Assembly: GCA_951406725.2 (NCBI GenBank)
Contig: OX597815.1
Coordinates: 191,766,001 to 191,830,000 of the forward strand
DNA: 64,000 nucleotides
From: Octopus vulgaris
Lineage: Eukaryota
Direction: 5' to 3'
Below the pieces are notes generated by a model. It made no database searches. It was not told the origin of the DNA and saw nothing but the letters and a program-made list of their open reading frames with translations. Made by a program: the position numbers and the translations under genes. Shown here one piece after another: positions 54,214-64,000 of the stretch (the first letter of the stretch is position 1; each line of letters begins with the position of its first letter).

Positions 54214-54622
54214 GGCGTAGGAGTGGCTGTGTGGTAAGTAGCTTGTTTACTAACCACATGGTTCCGGGTTCAGTCTCACTGCGTGGCACCTTGGGCAAGT
54301 GTCTTCTACTATAGCCTTGGGTTCACCAAAGCCTTGTGAGTGGATTTGGTTGAGGGAAACTGAAAAGAAGCCCGTCGTATATATGTATATATATGTATGC
54401 ATGTGTGTATATGTTTGTGTGTCTGTGTTTGTCCACCCCCAACATCGCTTGACAACTGATGCTGGTGTATTTACGTCCCCGTAACTTAGCAGTTCGGCAA
54501 AAATAGACCGGTAGAATAAGTACTAGGCTTACAAAGAATATGTCCTGGAGTCGATTTGCTCGACTAAAAGGCGGTGCTCCAGCATGGCCAAAGTCAAATG
54601 ACTGAAACAAGTAAAAGAGTAA
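54214..54622 (+). mobile_element. SINE family A, preceded by a 3' half copy at 53810-54050
   Basis: Colinear with 8387. Confidence 0.9.
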
Positions 54623-54676
54623 AGTACCAGGGCTGATATAATTAACTCTGAAAGCAGTGACACAGCATGATTACAG

Positions 54677-55000
54677 TCTGGGGACTGCACCCAACAAAAT
54701 AAATTACTTTGCAATTATGAACCTGTCGCTTCAGGTGTTGGTGGTGGGGTTTCAGCGGGTGTGGGGAGGGACGAGATAGGGGTTTCTTCGCTCTGCTGTC
54801 CATGTTTGTTTTCAAAATATTTCAGTAAATATTGTAAATGTTTGTATAACAGCAGTAATGCGGGGAAAGAGAAAGGAAAGCTTTGTTGTTTCAACAATGA
54901 CGAAGACTACCTGAGGTTACTGATGGAAGTCCCAAAACTTTCCAAGTTTTCTCCCCCTCTCGCCCACCCTGCTGGAACTAACCACTTACCCCAAACCTAA
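54677..55000 (+). CDS. Candidate terminal exon, Cys-rich, 107 aa
   Basis: An open frame after TTACAG reads SGDCTQQNKLLCNYEPVASG..LCCPCLFSKYFSKYCKCLY..KLCCFNNDEDYLRLL..PQT*. Non-repetitive; weak polypyrimidine tract; no homology recognised. Confidence 0.25.
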   Translation, partial: SGDCTQQNKLLCNYEPVASGVGGGVSAGVGRDEIGVSSLCCPCLFSKYFSKYCKCLYNSSNAGKEKGKLCCFNNDEDYLRLLMEVPKLSKFSPPLAHPAGTNHLPQT

Positions 55001-55106
55001 TTTCTGTGGTAGAAAGGTAGGTACGTAGATAGATAGAGAGATCTGTCAGGGCTGTGTATGTTGGAAGGAGAAGGTTGAAAAACAAGGCAAGTCAAGAGAG
55101 AAAAGA

Positions 55107-55144
<38 letters not shown>

Positions 55145-55193
55145 ATATGTGTATGTATATACATATACACATACATACACACATATGTATATG

Positions 55194-55231
<38 letters not shown>

Positions 55232-55555
55232 CACATACATACACACATAAATATGTATGTATATACATATATATATATATAAATGTATATACATACATAT
55301 ATATATGTATGTGTATGTATATATGTATATACATACATATATATATATATATATATGAAAAGAGTGTGAGAGAGAGAGAGAGAGATGACAGCTGAACACT
55401 AGTGATAACAGATAACTGGTTTAAAAGAGGAAGAGAAAGTGTAAGTGGTGGTGGTGGTGGTGGTGGTGGTGGTGAGGGTGTTGTTAAGATTTTCTGCTTC
55501 CTGGCTTACTATATAACTATATACATTCTGTTTTACATATTTTTCTTGTGGTTTT

Positions 55556-55608
<53 letters not shown>

Positions 55609-55761
55609 AAGAATTCATTCATAATAAACAAACAAGGCAATACGAAACAAACAAACAAGAAAACAAGCAAACACACTGGGAGAGCGGACTTTGGTTGTGA
55701 GGTCTTCGAATTCTTGGATTGAAGCTCTAAGCATCAACATGTTTTCCTTTTGATATAGATG

Positions 55762-55803
<42 letters not shown>

Positions 55804-56005
55804 GTGCTCATACGCATGCATACTGACACACACACACACACACACATGTACTAACAGGCATTGGTACAAGTTTTTCTTCTTCATTTTGGCAAAGAATTTA
55901 AAAGACATTAGGTATAGCGCTTTGTCCAATATGAGAACAAGAAAGAGAGAGATAGAGTGAGAGATCAAGAGAGAAAGAGAGAGAGATGTAAAGAGAAAGT
56001 GTGTG

Positions 56006-56046
<41 letters not shown>

Positions 56047-56323
56047 ATGAAAGGAAAACCTTAAAAAAAAAGGGGTACCATTTGTTTTTAAAATAACATC
56101 TTAGCATATGTTAATAGTGATGTAATGTTTGTGCATTATATCTTGGCAGCAGGATATAGTGTTTATCTTGTCGGCATGCCCAGCAGAAGAGTATAAAACG
56201 GGTGACAGTGTGTGGGAATAAAAGCTTCAATTTAGACGACTCTGTGTTTGTGTGTGTGTGTATGTGTGTCTTTTATCTGTTGCTTGTTTCAGTCGTTCGA
56301 CTGTGGCCATGCTGGGGCACTGC

Positions 56324-56655
56324 TTATGAGAGCTCAAAATCTCTCGTGGAAGCGCCATCCAACCAAAATGCAAATATATGGGAAATTACCACCTGTGTCA
56401 TCTCTTGTGAAAGGTAGGAGAGTCCAGTTTGCTGGACATTGTTGTAGAGCTGAAAAAGAAGTAATTTCTACTCTTCTCCTCTGGAAGCCATCTACTCGCA
56501 ATACCAGAGGGTGCACACTCTCCTACCCTGATGTAATCTCCAGGGATACAGGCATCCAGCAACAGGACCTCCGTAATGCTATGATGGACCGTGAAGTCTG
56601 GCGTAACATAGTAAATTCCATTGTCTCGACCACGGTCGAACAATGATGATGATGA
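56324..56655 (+). mobile_element. 5'-truncated RTE-clade LINE 3' end, inserted in a minus-strand family A SINE (56270-57015)
   Basis: Uninterrupted LMRAQNLSWKRHPT..IYGKLP..RRVQFAGHCCR..LLLWKP..DTG..MMDREVWR..*, followed by a (TGA)n tail. Confidence 0.88.
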
Positions 56656-57032
56656 CTACCCTGAAGAACTTTTTAGTTGAATGAATCAACACCCAGAACT
56701 TGGATTTTAAAGCTTGGAACTTGTTTTACCTTATCTGTCACTTTTGCTGAGCTGCAAAGTTATGGGGATGTAAACACACCAACACTGGTTGTCAAATGCT
56801 GGGTGGGGGACAAACAGATACAATAACTCACATGCACACGCACAACACATACACATGATGAGCTTCTTTTAGTTTCCATCTACCAAATCCACTCACAACG
56901 TTTTGGTTGGCCTGTGGCTATAGTAGAAGATAAATGCCCAAGGTGCCACGCAGTGGGACTGAACCTAGATCCATGCAGCTGGGAAGCAAGCTTCTTATCA
57001 CACCACCACACCTGTACTTACATATATATGTA

Positions 57033-57063
<31 letters not shown>

Positions 57064-57556
57064 TTATATTTAGTTATGTATGTGTGTATGTATGTTTATA
57101 TGTGATTAGTGTTCTGATTGTGGTTGTTCTGTCCCAGTTCAGTCTTATCTAGTAGACACTTGATTTATAGCTCTTCCAATCATGACCATCTTGTCTGTTT
57201 CTCAGTTATTGTGTATCTAGGCTACGTTATCTAATGGATTTTAGATAATGTCCATTTTTTTTTAAGAAGAAAAATCTTTGAAATTTTTCTTAGATTTAGT
57301 CATTATCTCATGCACAAGGTAAAGGTCCCCAAAATATTCAATGCCATTCCTCGCATATCTGGTTTTATGTCAGAATGACCTTCTCCTAGAGACATGCTTT
57401 AACAAAAGATAAGGGGTACCTCACACCCAGAGGTCTTTCAGCATGCAGGACGCCATCTGGAATTTCTGAGACCTATGCAGCATGTGAAACCTTTCATCCA
57501 AACACATTCTTTTACTCTCTCTCTTTTTTTTATCCCACCATTTTCTTTCCTCATTT

Positions 57557-57592
57557 CTTTCTGTTGAAGAGCATAGGCTCAAAACATCAAAG
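57557..57592 (+). ncRNA. Hammerhead-like motif, family 2
   Basis: CUUU-CUGUUGA-A-GAGC(AUAG)GCUC-AAAA-CA-UC-AAAG. Stems I and II are perfect; the G-to-A changes fall at CpG sites. Confidence 0.5.
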
Positions 57593-57692
57593 ATTGCTTA
57601 CAGTTTTCTAGAACGTCAAACTCATTACACCTTGTTTGTTGTTCCCGCTCACCTGCATATTCAGATAATGATGCAAATAAACATACAGGGGC

Positions 57693-58095
57693 TTAGGTGC
57701 AGGCATGTGGTAAGAAGCTTGCTTCCCAACCACATGGTTCTAGGTTCAATCCCACTGCATGGCACCATAGGCAAGTGTCTTTTCAGGCTGACCATTGCCT
57801 TGTGAGTAGATTTGGTAGATGGAAACTGAAAGAAGCTTGTCGTATATATATATATATACATACATACCTATATATTTATATGTCTGTGTTTGTTCCCCTG
57901 CCATTGCTTGACAACCGATGCTGGTGTGTTTATGTCATCCATAAATTAGCGGTTTGGCAAAAAGAGACTAATAGAATAAGTACAAGGCTCATAAAGAGTA
58001 AGTCCCAGCGTAGATTTCTTTGACTAATACCCTTTAAGGCAGTGCTCCATCATGGCCACAATCAAATGACTGAAACAAGTGAAAGACTAAAAGAA
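57693..58095 (+). mobile_element. SINE family A, diverged
   Basis: Colinear with the consensus. Confidence 0.85.
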
Positions 58096-58348
58096 TGTAA
58101 TTGTAAATGTATTCTGAGAGAGAATCAAAACCAGAAAGCATTCACATAAGTTCCCATCAATTGAGCATTATTACCTATTTCTATTTTGAGCATCTCTGAG
58201 CTCACCTGTTATCTATCTATATATCTATATATATATATATCTTCATGCACACATACACACACAATTGTGTGCGTACATATACCTTCTCATATATATATTT
58301 AGATATATCCATACACACATTTATATATATATATATATACATACATTC

Positions 58349-58389
<41 letters not shown>

Positions 58390-58457
58390 ATATATATACA
58401 CATATATATACACACACACACGATATACATATATAAATATATATATATATACACACA

Positions 58458-58498
<41 letters not shown>

Positions 58499-58541
58499 TG
58501 ATATATATATATATATACACACACGATATATATATATATAT

Positions 58542-58604
<63 letters not shown>

Positions 58605-58644
58605 CATATATACACGATATATATAGATATGTATATATATACAC

Positions 58645-58678
<34 letters not shown>

Positions 58679-58687
58679 CATACAATA

Positions 58688-58727
<40 letters not shown>

Positions 58728-59504
58728 AATACACGCACACACATATACGGTACGAGATAGATTATATCTGAAGAGAAGAAACGGTAATGGAATTTGTTTT
58801 ATCTGTTGTTTGAAGAAAAGCATTCAGGTTCAGCGCCAAACCAGAAGAGTTATGGCCTATGGACAGTATAATTGATCCAAAGAATCAAAGAATGTTTCTG
58901 TTTTGGTACTTTCATTACATTCCTCAAGTATTTCGGTTATTTATTTTCTGCTGCCTTGTGTGTGTTTTGGTTTTTTTTTTATTAATTTTCTCCTGTTTAT
59001 ATTGGTAGGGATAATCAATAATGTTATTGTTTCCCATTTATTGTGTCATTCCTCATTCCTGATATTTTCGGTGAAGCCAGTTGCACTTTGTGTCATGTGA
59101 GTGGAATTTGGTAACTGGAAACTAGGTGGGTGCTTATTAGTACATACACACACACACACACACTAATATATATGCATATATATATATATATACATATGTA
59201 CACACGGACATACACAAATACATAAACATGCATATACATCTATCTATCTATATATATAAAGAAACATTAGTAGAAAGGATATATATAAAGATATATATAT
59301 ATATATATATATGTTTGTATCTTTGTATCCTTTTTGTGATGGTGAATTTCAAAGCAAATATGGCTGTAAATAATAGGTTGCAGCCATTAATTTTTTTTAT
59401 TAAAAGGAGTTTTTTAAACCTGATATTTACATACTATTATTTATAGCTTTAGTTACTTCAAGATCCACCATTCCAAGGTTTATAAATTCTTATCATATCA
59501 ACAA

Positions 59505-59659
59505 TGTGGCTGTGTGGTAAGTAGCTTGCTAACCAACCACATGGTTCCGGGTTCAGTCCCACTGCGTGGCATCTTGGGCAATTGTCTTCTGCTATAGCCC
59601 CCGGGCCAACCAATGCCTTGTGAGTGGATTTGGTAGACGGAAACTAAAAGAAGCCCGTC

Positions 59660-59709
<50 letters not shown>

Positions 59710-59910
59710 GTTTGTGTGTCTGTGTTTGTCCCCCTAGCATTGTTTGACAGCCGATGCTGGTGTGTTTACGTTCCCGTCACTTAGCGGTTCGGCAAAAGAC
59801 CGATAAAATAAGTACTGGGCTTACAAAGAATAAGTCCCGGGGTCGATTTGATCGACTAAAGGCGGTGCTCCAGCATGGCCGCAGTCAAATGACTGAAACA
59901 AGTAAAAGAG
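59505..59910 (+). mobile_element. SINE family A, young
   Basis: Colinear with the reverse complement of 19114. Confidence 0.9.
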
Positions 59911-60405
59911 ATATATATATATATATATATATGTACGAGCAAGTGGGCAAAAGAAAGGAAGGGAACTCAGCATATTTATGAGGAGTTACATGTATTATTT
60001 AAATCATTTTGGTTCAGATTCCCGGCTACTTAAAGTTTCACAGGCCTCTCCCTAATGGACCCTGTTTCTTCAGTCTGGTGGAATAGCTTTTAGGTTAGAG
60101 GCCTGCGAAACTTGGAGAAGCGAAGCATCTGAATCAAACTATTTTAAATAATAATAATAATAATATTGGTAATAATAATAACATTGGTAATAATAATAAT
60201 GATAATAGCGGGTTGGGCTACTCAACCTGAAGAAAATTATAACTGGGCCCCACCTGCAAGGTCATGTGCTGTTTATCTTGATATGAGTTCACCATGTCGC
60301 GCACATATGGTGTACCCTTATCAGACGGGTAGTCATGCTGGGTATATTGGGCTTCGTATATTTTACCCCAGTGTCACTTTGATGGCATGAACTGCTCTCT
60401 CACTC

Positions 60406-60439
<34 letters not shown>

Positions 60440-60454
60440 TATTCTCACAAATTG

Positions 60455-61005
60455 TGGTGATATGACCAGATAGCGAAAGTGCTACATTGGAAACTGTGCT
60501 AAAAAGTGGGGGCCAGAGAGAGACAAGACATAGTATGAGTACAAACCGCAGAGAGTGGCACAGCTGGAGATTAGCAAAATCCTCCGGGATTTCGCATTCC
60601 AAACAGATCAGGTGCTAGAGCATAACAGACTGGAGTTAGTGGTGCACCACATATGCTATATTGTTGATGTTGCATGTTCCTTTGACCCACGAATAGTCAA
60701 GAAGGGAGGTGAAAAGATAGATAGATACAATCCTCTTAAATGCAAAATAGCCCGGCTATGGAAAATGAAGGTGAAGATAGTGCCAATTATTGTTAGGTCC
60801 TTGGGAACAGTATCAGAAGGCCATCAAGAGGAATATCAAGGAAATTGGGAAAGAGTGCCCAGTAGAACTGTTACAAATGGTTTGCCTCTTTGGCACGACC
60901 AGAATAATCAGGAAAGTATTAGACTGCTGAAAAGCGTGGTACCGCAGGCTGCAGGTAGCAAACCTGCTATGCATACAAGACTTCAGGAGTTCCAACAAAA
61001 CCTGT
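60455..61005 (+). mobile_element. R4/Dong-clade LINE 3' fragment, restriction-like endonuclease
   Basis: YDQIAKVLHWKLC (RHD motif), ILRDFAFQTDQVLEHNR, IVDVACSFDPRIVKKGGEKIDRY and LWKMKVKIVPIIVRSLG. It follows an (AAT)n tract. Confidence 0.85.
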
Positions 61006-61879
61006 GATAAAGAGAAAATATATATACAAACATACATACATATATATACATATATATATTCCAAGTAAGTTAGGGGTTGTGGATCCAACCCACTAAGGGA
61101 TAATACTTATCCAATACACTGCTGGTATAATACCCAAATTATTAATACACAAGTGTTTTTAATTGCAATGCAAATAAACTTATTTATTGTATTAAATGGG
61201 TGAAGGTAAAGAAATATTTTATCATTAATTTATATTACAAATAAGAAAATGGAGAAACACATTAGTTGGTTTATCAACTTTAGGATATTAGAATGTTGAC
61301 TTATTTATTTATCAAAACGACAACCATAATAACATACATATATATACAGTATTAAATTCAATACATATAAAATAAGAATACAAGTAGTTATTAAAAAAAA
61401 CTTAATATAAATTATATATATATATGTATCTGTCTTGTGTATGATATTAAAGAGGAAATCGTTTGATATATTTTGATATGTAATTATTTGGCAAGAACTA
61501 TTTTCAAGTATTCAGTAGCATTCTCCAGTGTTTCCAACTCTCATAGAAAATATAAGACCTACAGATATATACTTTGGAGTACTAGAATATGCAGATGTAC
61601 TTCATGAGGACACAACTTAGCTTCTAACCCTATCTACATACATCTCACACACACACACACACACACGATGGGCTTCTTTCAGTTTCCATCTATGAAATCA
61701 TCTTACAACGCTTGGGCAGTACTGTAGTACAGTATTGTATAAAGGCTTTGAAACTGGCTCTGTTGAAAATGACTGCTGGTTTTTGTGATTTTATTGTTTG
61801 AAGTATCATGACATGATGAGATGAAAAGAAACAGAGTGAGAGATATCGATTGATGAATACACGGACAGAGACACACATT

Positions 61880-62420
61880 GATACCTAGCTAGAAATTTAG
61901 AGAGACTGACAGATAGATGGACAGGTAGATAGACAGGTAGATAGTTTGCTAGCTAGCTAGATAAATTGACAGGTAAATAGCTAGATAGATAGACTGACAG
62001 ACAATTATAGATAGATAGATAAATAGACAGGTAGATAGACACTGACAGATAGACAGGTAGACAGCTAAATAGATAGAGAGATAGACAGACAGACAGATAG
62101 ATAGACAAGTAGATATTTAGCTAGATAAATAGATAGATTGACAGACATAGATAGATAGATAGATAGATAAACAGGTAGATACAGAGACAGACTAATAGAC
62201 AGGCAGGTAGATAGCTAAATAGATTGAGAGATAGACAGACAGATAGATAGACAAGTAGATATTTAGCTAGATAAATAGATAGATAGACAGACATAGATAG
62301 ATAGACAGACAGATAGAAGGGTAAATAGTTAGCTAGACAACTAGATAGATAGATAGAAAAGCTAGATAAATTGACAGACAGGTAGTATATAGACAGATTG
62401 ATAAATAGATTGATGGATGG
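61880..62420. repeat. GATA/GACA compound satellite
   Basis: Tetranucleotide tract with an internal block duplication (62050-62160 versus 62195-62310). Confidence 0.9.
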
Positions 62421-62916
62421 ATGGGGAGAGAGAAAGAGAGGAAGAGAGAGTCTGCTGTAGGTAGTAGAAAGGTAAAAATAAAAAGCTGGTCATTTCTTTG
62501 ACTGATAGATGTGAAGTTGGGAAAGAATGGTACATTGTTTGAATGGAAGCAAATTCAATCCCTATTTGCACATAGATGTAGTTTATTTATTCTTATGTAG
62601 AATATCTGTGACATTTTGACTGCATTTCTATGTTCAGAGGCTTGATTCTTGCCTTTCATCTGTCTGAGGGTGACAGATTAAAGAATCAATCAAGTGTTGG
62701 GATCAATATATTTGGATCAATATAATCGTCTATATAGGAAATCGTTATTATTGTGAGAGTGCTAAACAAGTGCCCAGAGTTGTTTAAAGTTCAAATACTG
62801 CTAGAGATTTCACATCTTAACTTTCCTGGGCCATGTCTCACAAAAATTCATTATAAAACACCTGTGCTGGTACCACATGAAAAGCACCTGTGCCAGCATT
62901 ATGTAAGAGGCACCTT

Positions 62917-63292
62917 ACGGCAAGCTGGCAGAATCATTAGCACACTGGGCAAAATACTGAGCAGTATTTCGTCGGCTGTTACGTTCTGAGTTCAAATTCC
63001 ATCAAGGGTGACTTTGCCTTTCATCCTTTCGGAGTCGATTAAATAAGTACCAGTTATGCACCTATTTCGTTACCACCCACAAGGAGCTAAACACAGAGAG
63101 GACAAACAAGGACAGACAAAGAGATTAAGTCAATTACATCGACTGCAGTGCGTAACTGGTACTTAATTTATTGACCCTGAAAGGATGAAAGGCAAAGTTG
63201 AGATCGGCGGAATTTGAACTCAGAATGTAAGAGCAGACGAAATACCACTAAGCAATTCACCCAGCGTGCTAATGTTTCTGCCAGCTCACCTC
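62917..63292. mobile_element. Tail-to-tail inverted pair of family B SINEs
   Basis: Plus copy 62917-63061, minus copy 63062-63292. Confidence 0.85.
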
Positions 63293-63893
63293 CTTCTACC
63301 TTACCAGTTTCTATCAAATCAAATCATCCAGTCCAAACCAGCAAGGAAAATAATGATGATGATGAGGAGGAGGAAATTGTAGGTGTAACTGTGGATAAGC
63401 ACAGTTGCAGCTCAGTGTGGTTAAGATCTTTGTTTCCCATCCACATGGTTTCTGGTTCACTCCCAAAGTATGGTACCATGGGAAAGTGTCTTTTACTATA
63501 GCCCTGATCTTTCAGGAAGGACCTTGAAAATATATTTTCTTATCCCTTAAAGGACAGGATAGTCATGGATGGATTAAAGGTATGTTTGATCAAGTTTGAT
63601 CTACTCAAGTAGTCTTATAATTAACATTATCAACAATACTGAAGAGAGTTACGAGGTAATCAAAGGAGCCTCTCTGTGGTTGCTCAGCCTTTTAGAAATA
63701 ACAGCCAAATCTCCTTTGAATCACACCCTATTATCTTAAATAAGGAAGAGAGATATTTAGACAACACAGTTTTAGAGATGCTGTCGCTGAAAATAAGAGT
63801 GGATGGTCACAATTGGAACATATTTGATCAAAGCTCTGCTGATTCAGAGCTGATCTAGGAGTTGATGCTAAAGAGCAACCATGACCACAAGAA

Positions 63894-63952
<59 letters not shown>

Positions 63953-64000
63953 ATAATAATAATAATAATAATAACAATAACAACCAAAATGGTTGGATTC

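Noticed and set aside
55670-55742. Minus-strand MLMLRASIQEFEDLTTK
   Set aside because: It is short with weak splice signals, so it cannot be supported.
58762-58795. CUGAAGA..GAAACGGUA
   Set aside because: There is no stem II between the core segments.

Overview
AT-rich, microsatellite-dense eukaryotic DNA, most likely intronic/intergenic sequence of a coleoid cephalopod (Octopus-like; inferred from the SINE families, the 5S-like sequence and the repeat load, not proven). No intact protein-coding gene is recognisable. Almost all ORF-track entries are translations of (TA)n/(TG)n/(CA)n tracts or SINEs. Contents: more than 20 copies of a tRNA-headed CORE-like SINE carrying an internal microsatellite; a multimeric tRNA-headed SINE; V-domain-like SINEs; decayed R4/Dong and RTE LINE fragments; non-autonomous Helitrons; MITEs of hAT, pogo, mariner, piggyBac and Merlin type; and a 5S rRNA pseudogene. 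The most interesting signal is a set of about ten minimal type-I hammerhead ribozyme motifs of Penelope pLTR type in short, mostly microsatellite-associated elements. These include a family with a recurrent non-canonical CUGUYGA core and a tRNA-headed, hammerhead-tailed element. There is also an apparent CpG-decay boundary near 37 kb and a few speculative exons. Coordinates were read by eye, so element edges without a TSD are approximate.
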